Part shown: one piece after another, positions 48,226-58,798 of the stretch
How positions within the stretch are numbered: the stretch's first letter is position 1
How the letters are laid out: each line of letters starts with the position of its first letter
NCBI GenBank assembly: GCA_965223295.1
Contig: CBDCWC010000003.1
Coordinates: 1,024,001 to 1,088,000 of the forward strand
Source: Nitrospirales bacterium
Lineage (GTDB): Bacteria > Nitrospirota > Nitrospiria > Nitrospirales > UBA8639
Reading direction: 5' to 3'
DNA: 64,000 nucleotides
Notes under the pieces: model-generated
What the model saw: the letters and a program-made list of their open reading frames with translations, nothing else
Database searches by the model: none
What the model was told of the DNA's origin: nothing
Position numbers and translations under genes: made by a program

Positions 48226-49620
48226 TCAGGAACCGAGGGGAAAGGTGCTGGTAAAGACACTGCCTTTAGCGGGGTCACTTTGTAGTGTAATTTCACCACC
48301 GTGTGCTCGAGCTACAGAACGAGCGAAACTTAGCCCGAGGCCGCAGCCTTCTTGTGAGCGGCTATGGTCACAGCGAAAAAACCGGTCGAAAATTCGATGT
48401 TGGTCGGAAGTAGGAATTCCTATGCCCGTATCGGCTATGGTGAGCTGAAAGTCTTTGGACGAACGTTTCAATTCAATACTGACTTCACCTCCGTCAGGAG
48501 TATACTTGAGGGCGTTATCGAGCAGGTTGGCGGCCATGCGCTGCAGATTGTGTTTATCCCCAACTATCTCACAATGTGGGGCGAGCTGGTGATGCAAGGT
48601 GATGTGTTTAGCCTCGGCTACTGGTTGAAATAATTCCACAAGGTCCGAAATGAGTTGAGAAAGATTGATTTGCTCATGACCAATATGGGTGACACCAGCA
48701 TCGAACTCAGCCATATCCAAAGTTGTATTAATGAGATGTATGAGTCGATCGCATTCTTTGAGAACGTCAGTCGCGACTTGTGAAGAGTTTTTCTTTGAAT
48801 CTTTATTCGTTAAGACCCCTTCGGACATCACTCGGATTCGTGCGAGTGGGCTACGTAGATCGTGCGCAATGTTATCGGTCATCTCACGCATTTCATCCAT
48901 AACGTTCTTTATCCGTGAGGCCATGGAATTAAATGTCTTGGCCAGCGTTTGGATTTCATCGCCCTGTGCCCCGACCGACACACGACGATTTAAGTCACCT
49001 TGCTCAATGGCTTTTGCGGCCTGGCTGACTTCTTCAATTCCACTCACGGCTTTTCGAGCAATAAGCCAACCGACTCCTGAGGCAATAGGAATACCAAGTA
49101 GGAGCATTCCCCCAAAGACCGCAACGAGGACTTGCATAATCTCTTGAGTGCCCCCAAGGGTTTCTCCTACCTGGAGAGTTATATCCGGACCAATCAGGCC
49201 AGAAATCACTCGAGTGGGATACTCCTGACTTGAGAGGGTTATGGTTTCTAAAAAAGGCGCAGACTGTGACTGCACAACGGGGAGATGAGGAGAAGGAGTG
49301 TCTAGGCCTTCCCAGTCGGACATATCGGAACTAAACAAAATGGTTCTTTCGTTATTGTATAACCTTAAAAAAACTTCACCCTCATCGCTGGAGTTCATCT
49401 CACGATCAATTTCCCGGGTGACCTCGTCCATGCCTTCTTCTATGAGTAATTCACGAAACTCTGCAATGTCTTCCCGTAAATCACTATCCATGCGGCTATT
49501 TAACAGTGTTTGAATGGAGAGGTAGAGTGTCATCAATGCGGCAATTAAACAAACAAGAAAGGCAGAGGCATACCAGAGGGTGAGCCTAAAGCCAAGGGTA
49601 TTAGGGAGTTTAATGGTCAT
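48226..49620 (-). CDS. Sensor histidine kinase (CusS/CzcS-like)
   Basis: Two TM segments, HAMP, AHDLRSPL, NLLDNALKY, DTGIGI, GLGLS. Confidence 0.92.
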   Translation of the reverse strand: MTIKLPNTLGFRLTLWYASAFLVCLIAALMTLYLSIQTLLNSRMDSDLREDIAEFRELLIEEGMDEVTREIDREMNSSDEGEVFLRLYNNERTILFSSDMSDWEGLDTPSPHLPVVQSQSAPFLETITLSSQEYPTRVISGLIGPDITLQVGETLGGTQEIMQVLVAVFGGMLLLGIPIASGVGWLIARKAVSGIEEVSQAAKAIEQGDLNRRVSVGAQGDEIQTLAKTFNSMASRIKNVMDEMREMTDNIAHDLRSPLARIRVMSEGVLTNKDSKKNSSQVATDVLKECDRLIHLINTTLDMAEFDAGVTHIGHEQINLSQLISDLVELFQPVAEAKHITLHHQLAPHCEIVGDKHNLQRMAANLLDNALKYTPDGGEVSIELKRSSKDFQLTIADTGIGIPTSDQHRIFDRFFRCDHSRSQEGCGLGLSFARSVARAHGGEITLQSDPAKGSVFTSTFPLGS

Positions 49621-50290
49621 GGCTTTTCAGGACATATCCCATGCCTCTGATCGTATGAATCAAAGGCATAGAAAAGCCCTTGTCAATTTTTTCTCGAAGT
49701 TTACTCATTCGGGCTTCAACAACATTAGTGCCTGGGTCAAAGTTATAATCCCACACCCGTTCTAGAATCATCGTTTTCGAGACAACATGTCCGGCATGCC
49801 TGATCAAATATTCCAGCAAGGCAAATTCTTTAGGTTGAAGGTCAATCTTGGTTCCAGCGCGGGATGCCGTTCTTGCTAACAGATCCAATGTCAAATCTTC
49901 AAAAGAAAGATTTGTGGGTTCAACCACATGCTGAGTCCGACGAAGAAGTGATTCGACTCGTGCCAGGAGTTCACTAAAAGAAAACGGTTTGACGAGATAA
50001 TCATCGCCTCCGTGACGCAAACCACTTATGCGGTCATCGACTGACCGTTTGGCGCTAAGGATGATGATCGGGAGGTTTTTCTTTTTTTTTCGCAAACGAT
50101 CGATGATCGACAGACCATCAAGATTGGGCAGCATGACGTCAAAGATACCGACATCATAACCATGGGTCATAGCAGCATGGAGTCCAATTAATCCGTCATC
50201 GAAATGATCAATGGTAAAACCGGCTTCTTTCATCCCTTTTTGAATGAAATCTGCGATGACCTGGTCGTCTTCAATTAGTAGGATCTTCAT
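49610..50290 (-). CDS. OmpR-family response regulator (CusR-like)
   Basis: KILLIEDD, DDYLVKPFSFSEL, VWDYNFDPGTNVVE, IHTIRGMGY. Confidence 0.93.
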   Translation of the reverse strand: MKILLIEDDQVIADFIQKGMKEAGFTIDHFDDGLIGLHAAMTHGYDVGIFDVMLPNLDGLSIIDRLRKKKKNLPIIILSAKRSVDDRISGLRHGGDDYLVKPFSFSELLARVESLLRRTQHVVEPTNLSFEDLTLDLLARTASRAGTKIDLQPKEFALLEYLIRHAGHVVSKTMILERVWDYNFDPGTNVVEARMSKLREKIDKGFSMPLIHTIRGMGYVLKSHDH

Positions 50291-50396
50291 GGAAGAAATT
50301 TCTGATATACATACACTTCACTTTAAAGTATCTTGCATGAGTGCCTGGTTATAAAGTCAAGGTTCTAAATGTTCATGGCAGAGGCTGATCGAGTAT

Positions 50397-50518
50397 GGGC
50401 CTGTTGAAAAAAGTCGTCAGCGGCGTTCTCGCCATTTTTGAACAGCCCCGAGGCTGGTAATCGCAAACTGCTTCCTGGCGAAATATGGCCCTTGACATCT
50501 TCATTATTCAACACTCCC
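50397..50518 (-). repeat. Dispersed repeat, internally deleted copy (arm type 2)
   Basis: Same deletion junction as 23417-23537. Confidence 0.85.
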
Positions 50519-50696
50519 AGTATGTCCATGAAATGACTGTAGTGGATTATAGCCTATAAATTCGAGATCAAGACATTACGATGTGGTGAACTTCTCGCAG
50601 TACACTAGGCAGGTTCGCCATAATCGTGCCCTCGTATTTGGAATTCGCTCAGAAATGATTCGTTATCTGTTTGCGAAAATCGAGCTCTGTTCAGTT

Positions 50697-51800
50697 ATGA
50701 ACCTCTGTTTAAGGATTGTGAGCCTACTTTTTGTCATTCTGGCAATAGGAGCCTTGCAGAGTTGGGCCCAAGAGCCATCTTCTAGCGGTCAAGAATTCGA
50801 GAAACCCGAATCGGTGAGGATTTATCGAAGTCCCGAGGAGCGCAGGGAGGCTAGCTTAGGCACACAGGTTACCGATTGGTTGAGGTTCGGTGGGGTTGTG
50901 GAACTTGAAAAGGAATGGCAGAAAAATAAAATTACAGGTCCGGATAATACCGAGAACCCAGATACGGAACTCGCCATTGAATTGGGTTTTGAGGTTGAGT
51001 ATGAGGAATGGCTTGAAGCTGAAGTGCTCTTTGCGATTGAAGACAATGGTCGCCGCCATTATCAGGAATTAGATGAAGGATTGATTGGAGTGAATCTTGG
51101 AGATTGGGGCATGAAAGTTGGCCGGCTCTACGTCCCCTTTGGGGCGTACTATAGCCACTTTATTTCGGGACCCTTACTTGAGTTCGCACAAACACGGGGC
51201 GACGCCATTCTTATGGATTATACCGTGTTTGATTCGATAGAACTGGCGGCCTATGCCTTCGATAGCAAAGTCGATAAGCGTGAGGATCACAATGAAGTCG
51301 ATTGGGGCATCAGCCTCGAATGGGTTTCAGAGGACGAATCGATGCGAATGGGGGCAGGCTATATTTCAGATTTGTCTGAAAGCGAAGACGAATTGCTCTT
51401 GGATTTTAAGAATACATTTCTTCGTCGGGTTCCCGCCTGGAATGCTTATGCGCTCATAGGACTGAAGAACTTTGAAATCACAGCAGAAATTCTGAGAGCC
51501 ACACGGTCATTTCGTGAATTCCCTAAAAACGCCGATCAACCATTTGCGTTTAATATAGACGTCGCATATTTCCCCTTTCAATTTATTCAAGTTGCCACGC
51601 GGATAGAACATAGCAAAGAGCTCATCGATGAACCGGCATGGCAAACCGGAGTGTCGGTAACGTGGGCTCCTTGGGAGAGCATTACTGTCTCAGTAGATTA
51701 CTTGTACGGCCATTATAAAAAACGATTTGCCTTTGATGATTTTGATAACCCTCAAACTGCTCATCATTTTACGGCTTTGCAACTGACATGGGGATTTTAA
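50697..51800 (+). CDS. Outer-membrane porin, LbtU-like
   Basis: Signal peptide, GRLYVPFG.YYSHFISGPL, C-terminal Phe; start uncertain (ORF open from 50583). Confidence 0.7.
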   Translation: MNLCLRIVSLLFVILAIGALQSWAQEPSSSGQEFEKPESVRIYRSPEERREASLGTQVTDWLRFGGVVELEKEWQKNKITGPDNTENPDTELAIELGFEVEYEEWLEAEVLFAIEDNGRRHYQELDEGLIGVNLGDWGMKVGRLYVPFGAYYSHFISGPLLEFAQTRGDAILMDYTVFDSIELAAYAFDSKVDKREDHNEVDWGISLEWVSEDESMRMGAGYISDLSESEDELLLDFKNTFLRRVPAWNAYALIGLKNFEITAEILRATRSFREFPKNADQPFAFNIDVAYFPFQFIQVATRIEHSKELIDEPAWQTGVSVTWAPWESITVSVDYLYGHYKKRFAFDDFDNPQTAHHFTALQLTWGF

Positions 51801-53617
51801 GAGGGTTGGCTGGGTGGCAGCATTCGAAACCGAACTTCGTCGGATTGCGTATAAGCAGACACGGTGTCTCCAACAAATAGTCCACAGCGATACAGTCCGG
51901 GCGTCCATCCAGTTTGCGGTGGAGAGAGCACAAAATATCCTGTTTGTTCGTTTGTCGACATAATCACTTGATCCTGAATCAACGGATCCCCGCCCCAAGT
52001 AATAGGCGATGTTTCAAGATCACATTGGGCGGTAAGTGGAACGGCATCATAGGAGGCCGTCACAAGCGCAAAGACTAAGTAGATTTCTTCCTGGGTATCG
52101 AGAAATGTGTCATTGGGGTCAATGGGAATGAATTCATGGCTGCCGACTTGTAGGTCATCCCGCAGCACTCCATCTGAGGGAATGACAAAGCGAAACCAGC
52201 TAAAATCGGCATCGCGTCCCATTAACGAGGCTCGGGTATGAAAGAGTTCGTCTGGCTTAAATTTTTTGGCGGCCAGCTGTGTATAGTAATCAGAAGGAGG
52301 ATTAGTGGGGTCTGCGGCAGGCAAGGTCTCATTGGCGTCTTCCACAGGCTTTTGCTCCTGTGGGAGATGTCGTCGCACTGTTTCAAACCAAGGTGCAAGT
52401 ATCTCTTCATCAATAATCTTTCCACTAACGGTGTTGGGGATCAAGTCCGCGTTTTCTTCAGAATCAGGAGTTTTTGGCTCTGGGTTATTCGCTGAAGGTT
52501 GTGGGGTATTTCGGCTTTCTGGAGGAACCGTGGCAATTTCTTGAAGAATTTCAAAGTGGAGTAAGGCCTCTTCCCATCGCTCTAAGGCGACTAAACTCTG
52601 CCCAATTCGAAAGATCGAATTCAGAAAAATCTCACTGAAATTGTCACCGCCTGGCCCCAGTTCAATGCTTTTTTGAAGAAGCTCGACGGCTTCCTCATGC
52701 TGCCCTAATTCCATCAACGTGCTTCCTAGTTCGTAGGTCACGCGATAATCGGAGGGTTTGAGCGCGAATAGCTCCTTTAGAATTGGCTCGGCTTCCTTGT
52801 AGCGGCCCTTTGCAAAGTATTCCCACCCTTGATGACGAATCAATGCCCACCGTTTTCGTTCCTCTGCAGTCGCCCCTGGACTAAAAATGGGTTCATAGCG
52901 TCGGCCACGCTCTTTTGTTGCGCCATATGTAATCATCAGAAGGTTTCGCGCTGCCATTTCCACCGGAGATCCAGGTTCGACATTTTTCAATACAGACTGC
53001 ACTTCTTTTCGGGCGCCATCATATTGCAAGACATCAAATAACGCGCGCGCCAAATTCAGGCGCCACCCCTGCATCTTTGGCGCCAGGGTGACAGCCTTCT
53101 TGTACCATTCGACCGATTCTTCTAACCGATCGAGCTTCCGAAGGTCTTGCGCTAAGCGTAAGAGGACCAAGGGATTCATTGGAGTATGTTGAGCGATACG
53201 TTCTAGCTCGTCGATGGCCCGGTCCCCTTGTCCCAACCGAGTAAGCACACTCCATTTAGCCCAACGAGCCGGCAAATATTCGGGGGAGTCTTTCAGAATC
53301 GCTTCATAGTTTTCTAAGGCCTCTTGATTGCGACGGGATGTGGCCAGGATATCGCCTCGCAATTTTTTGAGGGCGAGAGAATGAGAATGTTCCAAAAGCC
53401 CTTCTTCGACAATATCCAATGCATGGGGAGGAGAACCATCCAGCCACGCCTCTGTGGCACGTTCAATGACGATATCCTCGGATTCAATGACATGAGCTTG
53501 GGGAAAGGTTAATGCTGCAAACATTAAACTCAGACAGACTGCTGCAGTAATTGAAGTGAAAAATAGTGACAACAAATTAGGTGAAGAATGGTGAGGGCTG
53601 AGAAGGGATTTCGACAT
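51797..53617 (-). CDS. Exported tetratricopeptide repeat protein
   Basis: N-terminal hydrophobic segment, multiple TPR-like repeats, C-terminal beta domain. Confidence 0.8.
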   Translation of the reverse strand: MSKSLLSPHHSSPNLLSLFFTSITAAVCLSLMFAALTFPQAHVIESEDIVIERATEAWLDGSPPHALDIVEEGLLEHSHSLALKKLRGDILATSRRNQEALENYEAILKDSPEYLPARWAKWSVLTRLGQGDRAIDELERIAQHTPMNPLVLLRLAQDLRKLDRLEESVEWYKKAVTLAPKMQGWRLNLARALFDVLQYDGARKEVQSVLKNVEPGSPVEMAARNLLMITYGATKERGRRYEPIFSPGATAEERKRWALIRHQGWEYFAKGRYKEAEPILKELFALKPSDYRVTYELGSTLMELGQHEEAVELLQKSIELGPGGDNFSEIFLNSIFRIGQSLVALERWEEALLHFEILQEIATVPPESRNTPQPSANNPEPKTPDSEENADLIPNTVSGKIIDEEILAPWFETVRRHLPQEQKPVEDANETLPAADPTNPPSDYYTQLAAKKFKPDELFHTRASLMGRDADFSWFRFVIPSDGVLRDDLQVGSHEFIPIDPNDTFLDTQEEIYLVFALVTASYDAVPLTAQCDLETSPITWGGDPLIQDQVIMSTNEQTGYFVLSPPQTGWTPGLYRCGLFVGDTVSAYTQSDEVRFRMLPPSQPS

Positions 53618-53672
53618 TCAAATAGATGGAGGATCAGGCTATTAAGCAAACTTCTAAACCTTGGATGTACTT

Positions 53673-54713
53673 CTATCGTAATTCTTCATGGATCCCTTCT
53701 GCAATTGGAGGGGCGGTTCCAGCAAGGTTTTCTTGTTCACGCACGGCTTTGATTCGTCCATATAGTCGTCGCAGGTGAGCCTCGTATTCCCCCTTTTTCA
53801 TGCCGGCGTGATCACGTTCAAAAATCCGCCCTAACAGATAGCCGATATTTTCCATAACTCGTAATAGTTTGCCATCAAGCTCTAGTACCTCTTCTGAAAA
53901 GAATTCCATCACGGCCACAACTTTCGTGCCGATTAAAATGGGAAACGCGAAGCCGGCTTTCAATCCAATGTCCGTGGCCAGACTGGCCCGAGGAAAGTTC
54001 GAATCCTTAGTGACATTCTTAATCCATGCCGCTTTACTGCTTGCTAAGACCCGACCCGGCAGCCCGACTCCGGGAACAAATTTGGTGTCTTCCGTCACAC
54101 GTCGAAAACTCTCAAATTTTGCCCAGTCACGGAGAACCCAAATTTTACTCGGACTGAGGATTTCATGATCTCCGTCACGGATATACATATGGGCCACCGG
54201 CCATCCGGTTGAGTCACAAATTTTCTGCATCGCTTGTTTCAATGCGTCTTCAACAGGATCATTGGAATTCGAGATGACCGCAATTTCCTGATTAAGTTCT
54301 AAAAAGATGGTTTCTTGTTTCAAGAGATCATACGCAACTTTCATTTTTTCCGATTCTTTTTGAGCATCCAGGAACCGCAATTGAGCGAGCGCCAAAATAG
54401 CAATCATCCAAATAATCGATATGGCCAACAATCGGTTGGTCCATACCATCCATAAGGGGATGCCAGGATCCGAAATATAAAATCCTTCGAGTGTGAGAAT
54501 CGTTCCTGTGACCGCACCGCCAATGATGAGACGCCGATCCCTGGCCATGAGTCCCAGGAGGACAAGGACAGCATAAGCCTCTCCAATCGAGACACCACGA
54601 GGCAGCATGCCGTCAACAATCGAAATCACCAATGCGCTGGCAATCATAGCAACGAGATAGGCGATTGAGGATTTAGAAAATTGAGAATTATCTTTTGAAG
54701 TGGTGTTGGTCAT
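53673..54713 (-). CDS. Membrane GAF-domain protein ending in a HisKA_3-like remnant
   Basis: Four TM segments, GAF (GVGLPGRV..AWI, AGFAFPI, VMEFFS), C-terminal IAEGIHEELR. Confidence 0.8.
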   Translation of the reverse strand: MTNTTSKDNSQFSKSSIAYLVAMIASALVISIVDGMLPRGVSIGEAYAVLVLLGLMARDRRLIIGGAVTGTILTLEGFYISDPGIPLWMVWTNRLLAISIIWMIAILALAQLRFLDAQKESEKMKVAYDLLKQETIFLELNQEIAVISNSNDPVEDALKQAMQKICDSTGWPVAHMYIRDGDHEILSPSKIWVLRDWAKFESFRRVTEDTKFVPGVGLPGRVLASSKAAWIKNVTKDSNFPRASLATDIGLKAGFAFPILIGTKVVAVMEFFSEEVLELDGKLLRVMENIGYLLGRIFERDHAGMKKGEYEAHLRRLYGRIKAVREQENLAGTAPPIAEGIHEELR

Positions 54714-54762
54714 GTTGATAGCTCACTTTGTGGAGCAATCGACTGGTCATAGCTGCAAGAAA

Positions 54763-56517
54763 TTAGGTTTCAGTAGAGAGGTAGCCATCGATTCCGCTGG
54801 TTGTGTGGCCCCAAATAGATGGATTCTGAGATGGTTGGTCGGCTCCTTCGAAAACAAACTTTTCTTCCAGCCATCGCACACAATCAAAAATATCTTCAAA
54901 AATATGGTCTTCTGGAATGACTCCAGGCACCAAATCAACCGCACGCAACATCGCAAGGGGTTGACTATTGGTATTTGCCAACAAGACTCGAATGCCTCGT
55001 TTTTGCATATACTCAAAGCCTTGTTCTAACGCATGGGCAGCCGATTGGTCTAGGTATGGCACACGATTCATTTCAAAAATGAGAATCTTGACGGAAGGAA
55101 GTTGTTTCAGGCTGTCGATCAAAAACTGGGAAAATCCAAAAAATACTGGCCCTGAGAACGTTTTGATATACACCTGGTCTAACGTCTCTTGCGGCAAAAT
55201 AAATTCTTCCTGTAAGTCGCAAGGCTTCCTGACCTTGAGGAACTTCAGCGGGAATAGCGCGATTTTCTCTTCACCAATCGATCCCATTTTTTTCATAAAG
55301 AGAAACACGGAGAAGGTCATGCCCATTCCTACGGCCGTGATTAAATCTACAAACACGGTCACGACTAGGACAAGAATGAGGATTACGCCTTCTGCGCGAT
55401 CTACTTTGAGCACTTCTCTGAGCCCCTTATAGTCGATGATATCTAGTCCGACAGTGACCAAAATCGCAGCCAATACCGGAATGGGCACATACCGCACATA
55501 GGAGCCTAAGCCCATGAGCACGGCAATAAGAAACAGGCTAGAGATTACGCCAGCTACTCGTGTTCTCCCCCCGCTTTTGACATTGACAATGGAAGACATG
55601 GTTGTCCCTGCTCCAGGTAATCCCCCAAAGAGCGCAGAAGCCATATTCCCAGCACCCTGTCCCAGGAGCTCACGATCACTATCATGTTTCGTTTCCGTCA
55701 ATTTATCGAGGATCACCGCAGTCAATAAGGTGTCAATACATCCGAGCGCCCCGAGAGTAAATGCGGCACTGATGACAAACCATGGCTCCGAGAAATCCAT
55801 CTGACTTAATGTTGTCAGATGAAAGGTGGGTAATCCTTGAGAGATTTCCCCGATAAGCGGGACTGAAATGCCGCTGGCTATGGCGACACCAGTTCCCACA
55901 AGCAATGCAATAAGGGTGGGCGGAACGACGGTCGTGATCTTTGGCGCGAGGAAAAGAATAGCAAGGGTGAGGCCCCCGAGCCCCAACGCGGCCAAATTCA
56001 TCTTCCCGATGGCTGATGGCAGTTCAACGATGACATTATAGATGGTTGAGGGAGAGTCCAAACCGGCTATGGGATAAATCTCAAATAAGATCAGAATAAC
56101 CCCAATACCCGTCATAAACCCTGAGAGCACCGGATAGGGAATGTATTTGACATTTCCGCCAAATTTGAGGAGACCAAAGGCCATTTGTACCAAGCCGGCT
56201 AGGATGAAAATGCCAATGATGGTCCCCATGGCCTTTTCCAAGTCTCCCGCAAAGGCGATAGCCTGAGAAATAGTAAGCGCTGCGACCACGGTCATAGGAC
56301 CGGTGGGAGTGCTGATGAGGGTCCGTGTGCCGCCGAATGTAATGGCAATGGCCCCGAGGATAATCGCACAGTAGAGCCCAGACACCGCACCGAGTCCGGA
56401 TTGCAGCCCAAAAGCGAGGGCTAGTGGCAGGGTCACGATTCCTGCCGTGAGTCCGCCAAACACATCTCCCTTTATCGTCTGAGCCATATTCCCCAGTCCG
56501 AGTGCATTGGAAGTCAC
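54763..56517 (-). CDS. SulP family anion transporter (BicA-like) with STAS domain
   Basis: GDVFGGLTAGIVTLPLALAFG, PTGPM, ELLGQG, STAS (GPVFFG, VPYLDQS). Confidence 0.92.
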   Translation of the reverse strand: MTSNALGLGNMAQTIKGDVFGGLTAGIVTLPLALAFGLQSGLGAVSGLYCAIILGAIAITFGGTRTLISTPTGPMTVVAALTISQAIAFAGDLEKAMGTIIGIFILAGLVQMAFGLLKFGGNVKYIPYPVLSGFMTGIGVILILFEIYPIAGLDSPSTIYNVIVELPSAIGKMNLAALGLGGLTLAILFLAPKITTVVPPTLIALLVGTGVAIASGISVPLIGEISQGLPTFHLTTLSQMDFSEPWFVISAAFTLGALGCIDTLLTAVILDKLTETKHDSDRELLGQGAGNMASALFGGLPGAGTTMSSIVNVKSGGRTRVAGVISSLFLIAVLMGLGSYVRYVPIPVLAAILVTVGLDIIDYKGLREVLKVDRAEGVILILVLVVTVFVDLITAVGMGMTFSVFLFMKKMGSIGEEKIALFPLKFLKVRKPCDLQEEFILPQETLDQVYIKTFSGPVFFGFSQFLIDSLKQLPSVKILIFEMNRVPYLDQSAAHALEQGFEYMQKRGIRVLLANTNSQPLAMLRAVDLVPGVIPEDHIFEDIFDCVRWLEEKFVFEGADQPSQNPSIWGHTTSGIDGYLSTET

Positions 56518-56745
56518 AGCTTTGTCTAGCTCCTTGTGCGAAAAAAGGCCTTATCTTGCAGCAACTCTGAGCATACAGGAGGCAAAGTAGATTGTGGAAG
56601 TGGGAAAAGGGAGGTCTAGGCTTGAGGACATCAGTGAATTGACTGCACCAAAGCTATCAAGTGTTTATTGAAGGAGGGTTAGAAAATTGAGAGACGTGAG
56701 ACCAACTAAATGCCAAGTTTGGCCCTGAATTCGAAGCCCTTTAGC

Positions 56746-56931
56746 TTATCGAATAGAGACGCGAGAGGAGAGAGGTGTTTCTGAAATAAGCTGGAACGGA
56801 ATCCATGTCTTACCGGGTTCTTTTGAGGCACTAGCATTTTTTGAGGCAGAAACAGTTCTAGAGAAGTAGAGGTTCAGCAGAACCATGCCCACGATCATGC
56901 CAATTACCACTAAGTCAAAGATAGGATTCAT
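56746..56931 (-). CDS. Small single-TM protein
   Basis: RBS AGGTGA, hydrophobic N-terminus, sigma54-like site upstream. Confidence 0.5.
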   Translation of the reverse strand: MNPIFDLVVIGMIVGMVLLNLYFSRTVSASKNASASKEPGKTWIPFQLISETPLSSRVSIR

Positions 56932-56983
56932 TGTTTCACCTGCCTCATTTCAAAAATGAATAACACATCTACCCTTCAGTAAA

Positions 56984-56999
56984 TGCAAAGGGCATTCCA
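56984..56999 (-). promoter_or_regulatory. Putative sigma54 promoter
   Basis: Minus strand TGGAATGCCCTTTGCA = GG-N10-GC. Confidence 0.65.
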
Positions 57000-57114
57000 G
57001 GGTGTGCCATCACAGGCTGTCCAGAACAATTTTAGGTAAACATTCAATAATATTGGAATAATTTTAAAAAATACTTCTTTTACCCTCTAGTTGGTCATCA
57101 CCAATTACAAAAGG

Positions 57115-57154
57115 TGTGCGATTTTGCTCGGTGTCATTTGTGCAATCTTGCACA
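57115..57154. promoter_or_regulatory. Tandem palindromes, candidate enhancer
   Basis: TGTGCGATTTTGCTCG and TGTGCAATCTTGCACA, 24 bp apart, about 120-155 bp upstream of the sigma54 site. Confidence 0.55.
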
Positions 57155-57302
57155 TTACTGTCGGTTCGCTGCTTTCTTTCATAAGCGAGGAGAGAAAGGC
57201 GTCTGTATTGGTATTGAACGAAGGTTGGAGGGTGGTTCACCCCTATTCGGTGTATACAGGGATTTTCAGTTTGACCGATAGGAAAATGAACTGGAGGTTC
57301 GC

Positions 57303-57761
57303 ATGCGATATTTGAATATTAGGGGTTTCATTCTGGCCTTATTTATCATTGTTAGTGGATGTGCCTCACCTCAGGAAAGATATATCAACAATGACAATGA
57401 ATTAGATCTCTATTTGAGTACTTTGGATGATAAACATTTCGTCTGGTGTGAATTAGATCTGGAGCAATGTCGCAAAGATTTTGAGGTATGGAAGCTCAGT
57501 TCACGAGGCCAGGCAATCCTAGAGGAATATGAAAACGAGGATTCAGGTCAAACCTACAATACACATGATGTGCCAAATGTCTTTCGTACACGTTTTCTCG
57601 ATGAACGTCAGTTGGTCGAAGAGAGTCGAGGATATGATAGTGGTCAATACTTGGATGTCCTTGAGGAAAGGGGTCTCCCACGTAATCCACCGAACCATGT
57701 ACAACCAGAAACAATACCCGCATCTTCCAAAAAGTATGGCCCTGAAGTTCTTTCCCAATGA
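57303..57761 (+). CDS. Hypothetical lipoprotein
   Basis: RBS GGAGG, VSGC lipobox. Confidence 0.7.
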   Translation: MRYLNIRGFILALFIIVSGCASPQERYINNDNELDLYLSTLDDKHFVWCELDLEQCRKDFEVWKLSSRGQAILEEYENEDSGQTYNTHDVPNVFRTRFLDERQLVEESRGYDSGQYLDVLEERGLPRNPPNHVQPETIPASSKKYGPEVLSQ

Positions 57762-57776
57762 CCGAGATTCTCTGAA

Positions 57777-57850
57777 GGCCCTGTTGAATAATTCAATTGC
57801 AAGTTACGAAAAGGCTTTCAAAGCAGTGGTGGCTTTTTTCAACACTTCCC
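57777..57850 (+). repeat. Dispersed repeat, minimal copy (ends only)
   Basis: CTGTTGAATAAT...GGTGGCTTTTTTCAACA. Confidence 0.65.
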
Positions 57851-57957
57851 TTAAGGTTATAAGCTTCTGATTGGCAGAGCCCATCCTTGCTCTAGATCCT
57901 CAACGCTTATAGAATTTCCGCGATCATTCTTTATTACTATTTCTTTTTTCGGATTCA

Positions 57958-58719
57958 ATGCCGGGTTCAGCTTCTCGTCGAGGCGAAATATTTTTACATC
58001 GTGGAGATGTGACGCAAGCTCGTGTGTGGTACGAGCAGGCTGTAACCGAAGCGAGAGAGGCAGAGTCTCACAAATCTTTGTCTGATGCGTTGGGAAACTT
58101 AGGGAATGTGTGTGCATTGCTTGAAGATTATGTGCAAGCCGAAATCTGTTATCGCGAAGTCTTAGACATTCAACGGACGCTTCAGGAAGGCAATGTGATT
58201 GGAGAAACGTTGGTCAATCTAGGAAATTTGAAGGCTGATTCTCTTCAACCTGAGAAGGCTCGTGCGTATTATCTTGAGGCATTAGATACGCTACTGCTCC
58301 TTGCCAATGATCGGGCTCTCGGTATTCTGTATAGCAATCTTGCCCTTCAAGAAGTTCATCTAGGCAATTCTAGTGAAGCTGTTGAGGCCTTCGAGACAGC
58401 CTTGGAATACCATCGAAAAGTCGGGAATGAAGATGGGTTAGCGACGACGTATGGCCAACTTGGAAAAACGTTTCTTCACATGGGCCATTCGCAAAAAGCC
58501 GAAGCTTGTTTGAATAATGCGACTGAACATTTCGTTAAGTTAGGCAATAGTTCCGGAGAAGCGGGAGCCTTACGTTTACTAGCTGATCTGTATGAAGAGC
58601 GCGGAGAGAAAATTTCTGCTATTCGATGTATGGAACGTGTCGTCCAGATTGATCGGACCTATCGTTTACCCCAATGTGCGGAAGATGAGCAAAAGTTAAA
58701 AAACTTGCAGGAGGCTTAA
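57958..58719 (+). CDS. Tetratricopeptide repeat protein
   Basis: Repeated ALGNLGNV/TLVNLGNL/TYGQLG TPR units. Confidence 0.85.
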   Translation: MPGSASRRGEIFLHRGDVTQARVWYEQAVTEAREAESHKSLSDALGNLGNVCALLEDYVQAEICYREVLDIQRTLQEGNVIGETLVNLGNLKADSLQPEKARAYYLEALDTLLLLANDRALGILYSNLALQEVHLGNSSEAVEAFETALEYHRKVGNEDGLATTYGQLGKTFLHMGHSQKAEACLNNATEHFVKLGNSSGEAGALRLLADLYEERGEKISAIRCMERVVQIDRTYRLPQCAEDEQKLKNLQEA

Positions 58720-58798
58720 CTTTGCTTTCTACTTAATTGGTCTCATAGCCCAAGGGTTCAAAAGTGCTCTGAGCCACGAGATGGGTGGCAATGTTTTT

